From: Camelus ferus
Taxonomy: Eukaryota
Length of the DNA stretch: 64,000 nucleotides
Assembly: GCF_009834535.1 (NCBI RefSeq)
Contig: NC_045707.1
Span: 56,112,001 to 56,176,000, forward strand
Reading direction: 5' to 3'
Shown: positions 27,013 through 39,182 of the stretch, piece after piece
How the letters are laid out: the number at the start of each line of letters is the position of its first letter
How positions within the stretch are numbered: position 1 is the first letter of the stretch
Translations under genes and position numbers: made by a program
The notes under the pieces: generated by a model
The model's database searches: none
What the model was told of the DNA's origin: nothing
The model's input: only the letters and a program-made list of their open reading frames with translations

Positions 27013-27135
27013 TTTTGGAGGGGGTAATTAAGTTACTTCTTTATTTGCTTATTTTTAATGGGGGTACTGAGGATTGAACTCATACATGCTAAGCATGCAC
27101 TCTACCACTGAGCTATACCCTCCCCACCCTGGGAT
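27013..27135 (-). mobile_element. tRNA-Ala-derived SINE (Vic-1 type, camelid), reverse orientation
   Basis: Reverse complement ggggagggtatagctcagtggtagagtgcatgcttagcatg ... gttcaatcctcagtacc; TSD caatattctt at 27003-27012 and 27136-27145. Confidence 0.9.
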
Positions 27136-27934
27136 CAATATTCTTGAATGCAGAACTACCTGTAAATGAATTAATGCAAGTTGTAGGCCTTGGTTACAGA
27201 GCAAGTTAGTGACAAGTTTCCCAGAAAAGACTTCAAAGAACAAACAGAGCCTTTATATCCAATTTTACTCACTGCAGGCAAAAGATATATACAAATATTC
27301 CTAGGATTTGAGCTAACTCTTAATTTAACATAACTGAAAACAACTCTGTATTTTTATTATAATTTTTTCCTTATTAATAAGGAATATCTTAATTTTAAGA
27401 TATTTCCTTAAACAATGATTTTCCTTAAAAACCTAAGCTACACATCATCAAATGAAACAATTCTTATAAGATGCTAAGAAATCATAAGTTTGCGTATACT
27501 CCTATACAGTATCACCTAATCTGAAGAAGAAAGTTATAATGGTGAAGAAAATGGAAGACACCTGAGTTCTGTTTTTTCAGCTGTATACATTTATACTGCA
27601 AACATTTTATTGGCAAAATTTGTTTGTATGTGCGTGAATGCATGTGTGTAATGGTTAAATTTCAACATTATTTCTCCAAACTTGTAAGCCAAGATGAAAA
27701 TTGAATTTTACAATTAGTAGTTATTTAATATAGTTCACCGGACTGTTTCAGTGACACTAAATCTATATGAAATACTAAGTTAACCATTACCAGAAATAAG
27801 TTTAATTTTGAATATTGGCTTTAAAGAAAAATCCCTAAATGTTCTGTAATATTTTCAGATGTTATTATACAGTGATTTTAAACTATCAGCTATAGAGTTA
27901 ACGAATAGTTTATTAAGAGAAATTCTTAGTAAGT

Positions 27935-28135
27935 ATTCTAGACACCAATGTACCAGGCACTGTATAAAACTCATCTCATTAAATTCTCCCCAAAACTCTA
28001 TAAACTAGGTGTTACTATCATCATCATTCTATAGAACAGGGAACAGAGGCTAAAAGAGTTTCGGTAACACAATCAAAATTACACAATTAGCAAGTAATAG
28101 TTCTGGGATTAGACCCCTACACTATCTGATTCCAA
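27935..28135 (-). mobile_element. MIR SINE
   Basis: atgtaccaggcactg ... atctcattaaattctc ... gaacagaggctaaaagagtt ... tatctgattccaaa. Confidence 0.7.
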
Positions 28136-29889
28136 AATTCTTGTGGTCTTTTTACTTTTTTGCCACCCTATTGCTTAGAAAGGTCTCAAAGAAAGAAATA
28201 TTTTCTAATTAGTTACAAAAATGTATCACCAGGTTTATATATCAGATGTCACCACCCGGTGTATGTTCTAAGCATACTCTGCAAATTCTCAGTACGCCAC
28301 TGATTAACACAAACACTTCACTGAAGAAAAACTTCAGCTTATCTGACATATATCTTTCCTAATCACTAGGCTGCCAGAACTGCTCTGAATCTGAATGTAC
28401 TCCAAAAAGAAAAAGGGTTTAATTGAAGAGAGAGACCATGAGTACCCAGTAACAATACGCCCTGCCAAGCAGAACCGAAGTACCAAAGATTACTTACACC
28501 CAATGCACTGTAACTGGTCCTTTTACCCCAGAGAAGGAAGTAAGTGCTCAGACGGGCCAAAATGTCTATTCAAAATCAGCCTTCATGCCCAGAGACCAGA
28601 AACACAGGGAAAGCAACAGAAAAGCAGCAGAGGAGAGCAACACCTGCTTCTGTGTTCAGTCTAGGGACAGCTGACCAAAAGGGTGGACAGAGATTAGAAG
28701 CAGAGACAGGGTGTGGGGGTGGCAACAGAAGCTGGGGCGGCAGGAGCTCAACCACTGAGTCCAAGCGGAAAAGTGAGCGACAACGTGGCGCAGAGCACAG
28801 CTCTGTCCTCTCGGGAGGGAGAGTAAGAGCCAAGTCATTCACCCTCAGGTCCAACACCCTCTTCGTCTAATTGTATAATCATACACCTTCCTAAGACACA
28901 CAGAAAACATTCATCAGACTATTTCATTTGCTCCTCACTCTGTGGTCAGCAGTTGTTATCATCTTCACTTCCTGACCAACTATAAGATCAAGTTTTAGAG
29001 GCTCAGTAGCTCAAGTACGAGTTAATAATGTGTTAATTGCAAGACTAAAACTCTTCTATTGTAACCAATGTTCTCTCACAATACTGTCTGTAGAACACAG
29101 TACGGTATTTTAAAAAGAAAGAAATAATTATAACTTCCTTATAAGTTCCTTAAAAGACTTTTGAGAAGTAGGAAAGAAAAACTTCAGATATATAAGGTAT
29201 TCACCTACTCAGAAGTCCCCCAAAGTGCCTAAAGACCAAGATTTAGTGCACTAGGCTAAAAAAAAATCACAGGGACACAAGCATCTCTAATCCCACTTGG
29301 ATATACCGTTACCCAGTAGCATCACCCAGTGCCTGAATATCGTTAATATATCTTTCCTACTCTCAGCTGCCTAAACACCTGTATTTTGCTGCCTGCCTAA
29401 CGTCTATAGACTTCGTGCAATGTATGCCAAGTTTCGTTACAAAGAATTGTTCAACAAAAGTACAAACCCATAAAGGCACTCACTGTAGGCTCAGTTTAGG
29501 TACCAGTACCTATTCAAGTCATAGGCCTAAAGCAACCACCTATCAGTTTATCTGTCAAAATCAGAATCCAGCATCTGTCTCCACAGTAAGGTTATAAAGA
29601 AAACGATATTGTAACACAAGACGGTGACAGATATTTCAATAGAGATCATCTCCTGGATTTTAACAGGCTCTCTACCTTTTCAAAATATACACCATATCTC
29701 AAACTCTTATGATCAATTTAAAGATGTCATGATTGAACAAATACAGAAACAAAACAGAAAGAGATTAAATAAAATAGCTAAACTCCTATGCTTCTGAGAT
29801 AAAAAAGATTATCCTCAATCTTTCTTAATCCAGGAATGTAGGCAGTCTTTCCCAAATGTCTGTAAAACACACTGAGCTAATGTGTACAT

Positions 29890-30018
29890 TACATGAGCCA
29901 GCAGCCTCTACTGCACCTGGAAATGATAGAAATGTAGCTCCTAGGCCCACTCCAGGCAGAATCTGCATTTTAACAAGCTCAGGTGACATGCAATTAGATT
30001 GAAGTTTGGGGAGCACTG
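29890..30018. mobile_element. MER5A-like hAT-Charlie MITE
   Basis: tagaaatgtag ... ggcccactccag ... aatctgcattttaacaagctcaggtga ... aagtttggggagcactg. Confidence 0.75.
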
Positions 30019-33000
30019 ATGGAAAGAGATCCAACAAGAGGCCCAGCTCAAAAATGTCCCTTTATGAGAGATACAAAGAGACCCACCTGGTTCAAAGAAA
30101 CGGAGGATTTAAACTCCATTTTAAAAGACTTTTTTTTAAAGGTAATCATTCATATCAAAGGATGAAAGGGGGACGGGGATTGAGGAGCGAGCTATGAGAG
30201 AGGACCAGGCCTACAGCTCTTGCTGCCACAGGCATCCTTAATATCACATCAAGCCTGAATTTAAAAGTAGCTACTCAATACTCTCTCTGAGAAGTGGTTT
30301 ACTTTATGTTGATGACATACAAGAGGTATTAAAAAAGTGAAATTTCTTTTTCTATTCAACATGAAACAAAAGAAAAAAACCCCACTGTTTTTAAAAGAAA
30401 AATCAAAAAGATTTAAAAATTATACAGATAGAGGAAGAAGCAAACCTAAAGAGATCATTTTTAATGGAACATTTCAAACAGAAGACTAAGTATCTATTGC
30501 AAACTACAGTTGGTTGTTTCAGGCTGCACACTAGTGTCTTTTTAACAGATTTTTGTTCAAATCTCATTCATTTTCTTTGGTTAAGTCAGTACATATCCCT
30601 CTAAGAGTGGTTAAAGGGTAAAGCCTTATTTCTTTCGTATGAATTCAGTGACACAACTCAGCACCATTTTTTTTTTCATTTCAATAGAATAACAAGAATA
30701 ACCTTCCTATTTTAAATGAGGTTTACCGAATGAATTCAGGTATACCAGTTTTTCACATCAGCTATAAATAATTGCCTCCCTCTAAAGGGCCTATTTTTGC
30801 AAATAAAAATGTCTTTTTGCCTGATTAAACTTCTTCATCATCGGAGAACTTTTCTTCTGCAAATTTGTAGCTGGAAAATTCGTCATTAGAAGCTTGTTTT
30901 GTCAAAATGAGCTCTTTTCTATTGCTTTGGGTGAGCAGTCTTGTAGTTAATTATTCAGAGGAGGAGAGGAACATCCTATTTTAAAAGAAGTACACTTGAC
31001 AAAATATTTGGACCCAAGTATTCTACCTTAAGACATCTTTTACATTCCAAGGCAGCAGGGCTCAGTACTTATAATACCTTTAAAAACCTGAAGATAGGAG
31101 GGCAGAAGTAGACAAAAGACAGTTTATAAAACAATGAGAGTGGACCCCAGGGGAACATCACAGCTGCCGGCCCTACCTCAAGAACCCCTTTTCCCAAATG
31201 GTTCTGGAATGACAAGTGTCCTTTCCAAATGGAGAAAAGTAGCCAAGCCTATGAATACAATCTCTATGGCCACGCTACCACCGCAGGCACCCCCTGTGGA
31301 GGACACACTTTGCAGGAATGTTGCTTCAATATGCACTGAGATTGTAAAGAGTCAGACTATTGACTCTCATTTTTAATCCAAGAGATATCCCTAAGAGACA
31401 AGAAAGCAGGGTAGATGTGAAACAAATTGGAAATTAACAAAAACAAGATGTTTCCTTTTCCCAAAGTGTTTTCTGCCACTCACTCAGAGACTAGTTTTAT
31501 ACTCTTGGTTTTATAACAGATGCCCAATAACAATAGGCTTTATAATAATATCCTAAATACAGACATGTAACCCAGAGAGAGATGAAAGCAAAAACAAGGA
31601 ACAAGGCTATGGTCTGCACCCTTTCAGTCTCTTTATAGGATACTTACAAGCAACTGAAAAAAGAACACAAAAGTTCATTAGACTCAGCTGTAAAAATTGT
31701 ATTAGCCATATTCATCTTTCTTAAAAAAATGAAAAAAAAATTATTTTATAAAAAGCAAACTTGTGAACTGCATTTAAAATTAATACCCCAAGAATTCCAA
31801 GTATGCAGAGTTGTATGGATTGCCATGCTTCCCACTAGATTTTTAAACAATGTTTAAACAGGGCTGTTTGAAATACTCCAGTGGCATCATTTAACCCTGT
31901 TCAAAATGTCAAGAGTCATACTGTGCCCCAGTGGCCACTCTTCAGCAAATAACACATCCTTTGAAGTTAAAATCCTCCTAAATGATGCCAATTGAGAATT
32001 TCTAGGCTAGGAGAGTTTTTCTACTTTGAAAGAAATCAATAATCTTTGTAATGACAATTAGGAAAAAAGCCCTTTCATCATCAAACTTGTGAATTTTGCA
32101 GTTTCAAATGTCAGTAAATTCCTTTACCCCAGGGCAATATTTGTAAACATTCTTTCCTAATTAAGCCATAATCATAAACCTAGACTGAACTTGCTTCTTT
32201 TTTTTAAAAAAAACTTGATGCTCTTGAGGAATAATTATATTTATTATAATAAATTCCACAGAAATAAAGGGTAATTATCAAAGACAAAGGGATCTGACAG
32301 AAATATTTTATTTGGCCACAACATCTACCACATAGCTGCTATTCCAAGGGCACTGATGTGTGTTTCACTTGATAAATCACGTAATTTACTCAGTCTCCTT
32401 GACTATAACTACATGCTGTGCCATGCTTCGAACCCTGCCTCCCTCTGATAGCACAAAATCCCCAGCAAAGACATCAAGAAACAAAAGCTTTCATCAAATT
32501 ATCATAAGCAAATAGTATCTCCTCTGCCAATTACTACGGTACTTTTAAAACAGATACAGTAGCACTGCTCTCAAGCACTGTGTACAGCCTTAGAATAAGT
32601 AAAAGTACATATAACTTCATTATAAATGGAATCTAAAGGCAGAGTTTGAATTTTCAATTCTAATCTCTTTCTCATATTCAAGTTTTAGATATGAGCAAGT
32701 CAAAAATCTCTCTCCATCTTCAAAACAATCATTTCTAAGTTGTTCAAACTAACTGCATCTTATGAAATGCCCTTAAATAAAATAATGCCTTTAAATAAAA
32801 TTAATTACTCTAAAAACATGATAGCAACTTTTAATGTAAAATCTTGAGACTAAATCTTCAAAATTCTCCTGAGTAGATAGAATTACTCAATTCTTCCCCA
32901 TATACTTGTAAAGAAAAAAGGTCATAGGTGAACCCAAAATTGTAATTCCAGAAAGTTTCTAAAAGACTGAAATGAAGATCCAGACCTTTTATTCTAAGAA

Positions 33001-35119
33001 ATCTTGAGCACCAGAGAAACGGACAAATGTAACTGCAAAGCTAAAATGTCAGAGATGAGGACAAGAGGTTCATTGAAATTTGATAGTGTTGCAATTTATT
33101 GGAATTAACTGCCTTGAAAATACAGCCAAAATAATCTCTGAGGCAAGTGTCTTCAACTCCTATGACCAGTCAAGGCAAATCTAGTTAAAGAGCCCAGCCT
33201 CGGCAGTCCTCCAAGGAAAATAACTGGCCTGGACAGTTAGGAAGAAGATATTTGGGAATGGTAGTCTAAAGCTTCCACATGTAAGAATAAAGTGCCAACG
33301 AGCACCAGATCAAGGATAAACTCAGTTCAAACCATCCAAATTCAGTTCAAACCATCTACTATGGATCCTCAGCAGAGATGTTCCAGAAGAAAAGCCAAGA
33401 GAATCCCAGTAAAAGTTTCAAAATTTGAGTACCACTCAAAATAAACATGGGTAAATACAAGCGAAGTTCTGGTAACGGACAAGCTATCAGCCTTTTTTAA
33501 GTTCCTCGTCACATTCGCAGATTCAAACATTGCACAGTACCTGGTAAAGTACAGGCAGGAAAGGTCAGACAGGTAGGGATGCTTACGGACCAGAGTGAAC
33601 AGCTGCTGTGGGTATTATGTACCATTTATACGGGAAGCCCGCGTATAGTGATATTCACAATTAGTGAATTAAGGAAGGTAGTCATTTATTCCTCAAAGGC
33701 ACATACAAATCAAATCTTCCAAGAAACCATCCAGCACTGTGCATAATTACACCTGTAATTATTCAAAATATTATGCCTTTTTCATCCTATGAAGAACAGA
33801 AGGTATGTAGCCCCTAGCAAAAGGCCTCTCCCCCTTTTTTTTCCAACTAGGCTGTTAATGAGGATGGCTATTCATTGAAGGCAGGTGGTTACATTCAGTA
33901 AATCACTTGTCCTTTCCATCAAAGCTGCAACACTCGTCACTTTTGCGAGGCCATTAAAGTAAGTACCCAAAGCTCATACAAGGCCGTTTCCAAGAGAGAA
34001 TCAAAAAATTTGAAAGATGAATGTTACTAGGTTAAAAGCAGGTTGGGGGTGAATAATGAAGTTATAAGAAAGTAGGTTTGTCAGCCACAGATTTATCAGA
34101 GCGCCTTAAGGGTAAACTCTGTCCTTTCCTCTTATTAGGAAGGTGCCGGTTTTAGAGAAAGCATACCACTTGCCTGTGATAAACAGCTGCACCATCGAGG
34201 GTATTTTAAACAAGTGCTTTTAGTGCACTGAACAGCCACAAAGAGATTAGGAAGACAAACTGCTCCTCATTCACGTTGGAATCCGAAAGGTTGTAGCTGT
34301 TTTAGAATTACAGCAGCAGGGAATTCAGTGTTACCGTAGGGGCACATTAGCACTGAAAAACTAAGTGCAGATGACGAGATGACGTAAGTGAATGATATGC
34401 AATGATACAGCCCCCCAAAATATAGTATATTTATACACAAAAACAACTAAGAGACGGATGGCTGGCAAGCGATTTTCCCTGTGGCATTTCGACTTGTCCG
34501 TTCAGTGCTTGTATTTGGGTCATTTGCTAGGATAAACCCCATGTGACAGGCTCAGTGGAGGTAAGGCAAAGTGGTCCATAAGCGCTTCGCCTAATTTTAA
34601 TTTTAATTTACTGTTAAGAGATGTACTTGTTCAACTAGCAAAAAGAACCTTTTCTACATAGATTTGATTATATAGTCAAAACGGAGCTAAAAAATAAAAT
34701 GTCATATAAAATAGTTCATAAGCTATAAATTGCACCTGCTGGCCTTTTTTTCAGTATATGATCAACTGGGAAGGAGATGAGAATAAAATAAACTCTTGTA
34801 CACACTGGCTTCTTTCAATAAAGACCTAAAGAGACGACCTTTGATACAAAGCAAACGTCTCCCTTATTTACTTTGATTTTATAATAATTCTTTCTAAACA
34901 TGCTTTTACTAAATACCAGACATACCTTCAATGGTTGAACATACTAGAATTTTAAGATAAGAATTCCTGGATTGGTCCAAGGTGAGTCTATTAGACCTTT
35001 TTAGAGAGAAGTTAGAGGGACTGAGCATTTCACAAGGGATTCTTATACCAGGTCAAAAACCCAAACTGACAATAACACTAAAAGACCAAGTAGAAGGTCT
35101 AGTTGAGTATCTTTAGGGG

Positions 35120-35120
<1 letters not shown>

Positions 35121-35164
<44 letters not shown>
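35121..35164. repeat. (AC)22 microsatellite
   Basis: Perfect AC run. Confidence 0.97.
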
Positions 35165-35169
<5 letters not shown>

Positions 35170-38100
35170 GGTTTGTTTTTTTTTAAACTTGTCAGTATAC
35201 CTTAAATCCTCCCTCCATTCCTTCATTTTAAATACTGTTAATCAAAATCTTTATGACTTTAAGGAAAGAAATCTTAACAAAGGTTTCTGTAAAAGCTGAG
35301 ATTTACATTTATATCTGAACAAGTAACTGAACTAGAAATGTGCTACTGAGAGTTTGGGGTAGTTTTGATTCAAGAGCAGAAATTCCTGCTGTGGAGTTGG
35401 TTCTCCAAGTTTCACACAATTACTGCATCTCAATAACTAAGAAATCTAAAGGTAATGTTAATGGTCATGGTTGGATTTAACAACTGCAGAATGGGCAATA
35501 AGGAAAAAACTTTCCAAAGCAGCCACAAACCCATTTCCCACTTTCAAAAACTCAAATTGTCTTTTTTTTTTTTTAATAACCAATGCATTATTTTACTCAC
35601 ATGAGAATAAAAAGATGTATTCATTGCATTATCTTCTTATTCACTTGTTATCTATCGTAAGTGGCATGCCGTCAATTAGATGACATGTTCAAAATGAAAT
35701 CAGACTAGAAAACAGTATTTACAGTTTACTTTTGTTGGTTTAAAGTAAACTGACTCCTCTTTCGGTATTATCTCTGTGCAAAACATAACAGGACTTTTAA
35801 AGAGGATGAAGGGAAAAGGATGCAATGGCTATCCTCAACAAATATGTAAGAGAGCAGAGAATTCAGGGTCAGCAAATTTTTTCCACTGACCTCAACATCA
35901 AATTTCTCCAGAAAATGAAAGGGTCCTTCAAGAAGTCACAGGCAACATGACTTAAAATTTGGCAAAGACAGCTTATTTATAATTTCAATTCTACTCCAAC
36001 CACAATTTAAGATTCAATACAGTCATTACCAGATTGAAGGCAGGGGATGAAGCTGAAACCGTATATGCTTTTTCATTAGATATGGTGAATTCGACTCTTT
36101 TACCGTTTGTTTCATCACATCATAGCCATATTCTTAAGTTTAGCACAGGAACACTTGTAAAATAGTAAATTTTACTGTAGGGAAATTGATTTTGCTCTAA
36201 GAGTTTCAGATTACCCCTTAATCTCAACCAAGCTACATACAGCAAACGCTGAAAGTAATTATACATATAGTTCATAAAGTAAACTTGATCACTGTATTTA
36301 AAAGAAATGATAACTTTGAGAAGTACCACAGCAATAATGTTTAAGCTGAAGCAATAGAAAGCCCTCCTACAGTAAATGCCAGATTCTTCAGGGAAAATGC
36401 AGTCTTGACTTAGTTAAGCAAGTCAAGCGTAAGAGCCATCTCCCTCCTCGAGCTGCTGCCCTTTCCCTTCTAGCACTGCCCTCTCCCTCCAGACCCACAT
36501 TTCACAAAAGGTTTGTTTTTTTTGGGGGGAGGGGTGCGGCGGGGAGCAGAATCCACATCCGCAGCTTAAAATTTTACTCTTGGGTCTTTGTCGTCTGAAA
36601 TGGAGTGGTGGAAATAAACAGGTTATCATCCTCCTAAAGTTTCCACTTGACTCCCCAGCTCTTTCCCCCTTTCTCCCACCAGTGAGATAGAACATCTGTC
36701 TCGAAAGACACCACTTACAGTGCACCTTGGCACTGAATCACCTGAACATGCTATGCAGACCCCAAACAAGCTCCATGCTCCCATTAGTACACATTTCATA
36801 ATTTCTAGGATACATAAAAAACAAGTTTGGTACCTGTAAGATTTCATACTCTTCAGAGTGGGTGACTACAGATGCAGTTCTGCTACTAAGAAAATTCGAG
36901 TCAAATACACTCTTCAAATTGTGGCTAAGTATAATTTATATTTACAGGCCTTCAACATCACATCGGTGTACAATGTCTATGTATCATATACTGAATATGC
37001 CAGCCATTAGATGATATGGTCAAATCGTCACATTAAATTCATCTACGTAGGTAGGTGTAAGTCAGAAATTTGGCACTCCATTCAATCTATATAGCAGGTA
37101 AAGAACTTATGACAATTGCCCACCCCCACCCCCGCAGCATTCAAAGCACAACTGACTTACCCTCACACTCACACCATTCTGCCCAAGTTACAAAGTCCCA
37201 ACACTTCTGATAATAAAAGAACACAGAGTAAGCATTAAGTCTATAGAGAAAATGTACATGCAAATTTAGTTTAGTTCCAGCCTTAATCTGAATAGCTTTT
37301 TCTGACATGTATTTTTTTAAAGAAGGGACAACAATAAAGAAAAGCTATACCAGGAATGCTTGATTTAGCACCATGTTCTACAATAGTTACAGTATTACAG
37401 TAAATTCCTTTTTCTTATAAGCTCTAAATTACTGGTTTAAATTCTTACTTTTCAAACTGTCTCCAGCAGAACCAGTAACTGCCCAGACTCTTCCCTGAGC
37501 TCACTTTAGTGAAAAGTCATCCGTCTTTGGAAGCATGAGCTTTTCCTGCCAATGCTCAAGAAATAGCAGGTGCACAGTAACACAAAATTGGAGGGAACAG
37601 AAGCAGCTTACCTCACCCTTACACACACACCATTTATTTCTCAGAACATGCAGCACAGCTGCTGAAATCTGCATACTGCTTACAAGTTGAGAAAAAGTTT
37701 ATGTCTAACAGTGACTTCCTATCAACTAGTCTCTGATAGACACTACATAAAATGCATTAAGAAGGGTTTTCTGGATGTTTTTGTATCTATGATCGGGGGA
37801 TTTCATAAGAGACAAGACATGGGGTTGTGAACCAAGATTCGCTGACTTAAGGCATACATGCATGAACATGCTTTTAGCCGGACAGTGTGCTCATCAGAGA
37901 ATACAGAATATGGCTAATTACCCCCGGGAACAGATTCTGCCTTCATCTCACCTCACAATCAACCACTTTGCTTAAGTTCACTCACTGCCTTGCCCTGACC
38001 CTGGGGAACCATTCACTTTCCAGAGTCCAGAGAGGCTGCTGAAAAGCTGTCAAAGTAAATCTGTGCTCACTTTTTGGATGGTTTAATTTCAATGGAGCAT

Positions 38101-39099
38101 GAAACATCCCAGGACGGTTAATAAGTTAAGCCAGGCGTGCTGGTCTCCCTAATCTATTTTAATTATGCATCTGTTTTAATTGTACTCAGATTAAGTCACC
38201 GGAAAAGCACAAATTGTAATTTTCCCTAATGGCTATTGGAGCTTTTCATCAGTTTCTAAACATTAACAACGTTTAAAAAATAGGTGGAGAGACACGAGTA
38301 CAACTGTGCCATTTTCCAGAAATCGATGCAGTTTCTTTGACAACACAGTTCAGGTCTCATTAGCCACCCAAACTAACCCAAGTGCAAAGACAGCTTCAGT
38401 CTCTAGGGGCATCTTCTTCCCCAATTAGCACAAGAGAATCGCTAACGTCTAGTATAAAACTCCCAAACAGAAAGGGAAGCTCAGGCTTTTACAGAGTGCC
38501 ACTCCATCGACTGGTGAAGGAGGCGGGGGAGCGGGAGAGAGGAGCAGCACCGATCTCCTGGCTCAAAGTAAAGTGCACCAAACGTCAAAAGGGAAAGTTG
38601 AAGCAGAGTGCGATGTCTCCACTATTTTGGCAACTGTCAAACGTGTTTTAACCTCGGGAAATAAAAGTGTCCCATCAATAAAAGGAAACGCTACGGGGAA
38701 GATCTATTAGGGGGCGGGGAGCGGCTTCCTTCCAGTCCAGACGTAAAATCGCTCAATGTGCTTTTGTTGTACCAAGGAATACCTAAGACTTTTTAAAAAT
38801 AAGCTCATTAAACAGTTTCCCAAATTGCTGTGATTTCCGCTAAGAAACTTAAGCGTCTGCCAAGAGCCGAGAAGGAAGGGGAAGGAACCTGCCGCAAACT
38901 AGGAACACAAACTCCCTCAGTCCTCCTAGTGCGTCCGCGTCCCCGGTATTTGCTTCAGGTGTTGATGTTTACGCGTCTCCTAAACCTTCAGGTGCTAGAC
39001 TAGTTCCTCCAAGACACACTTCGAGGCTTAAAGCGGGAAGCTTCAGAGCCACCGCGGAGTCCCCAAGCAGCCCGTGACCCCTTCCTCTCACCCCCTTAC

Positions 39100-39182
39100 C
39101 TGTCATCATAGCAGAAATCCGCACTCAGGGTGTTGAGATACAAGGCGAGCCCCAGAGCGCTGCTCACCAACTCTGCAATCAT
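39100..39182 (-). CDS. TMTC2: TMTC2 coding exon 1 (protein O-mannosyltransferase TMTC2, N-terminal 27 codons + 2 nt)
   Basis: Reverse complement reads ATG ATT GCA GAG TTG GTG AGC AGC GCT CTG GGG CTC GCC TTG TAT CTC AAC ACC CTG AGT GCG GAT TTC TGC TAT GAT GAC AG|gtaag = MIAELVSSALGLALYLNTLSADFCYDD(S). This matches the TMTC2 N-terminus as I recall it. Canonical donor at 39099-39095; lies in a CpG island. Too short to appear in the ORF track. Confidence 0.96.

Larger units (their letters stand above)
1..39099 (-). other. TMTC2: TMTC2 intron 1 (partial, runs off the left edge of the window)
   Basis: Begins at the gtaag donor at 39099. The expected exon 2 peptide (RAIKTNQDLLP...) is absent from the ORF track and I did not see it. 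TMTC2 intron 1 is known to be very long in mammals. Confidence 0.88.
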
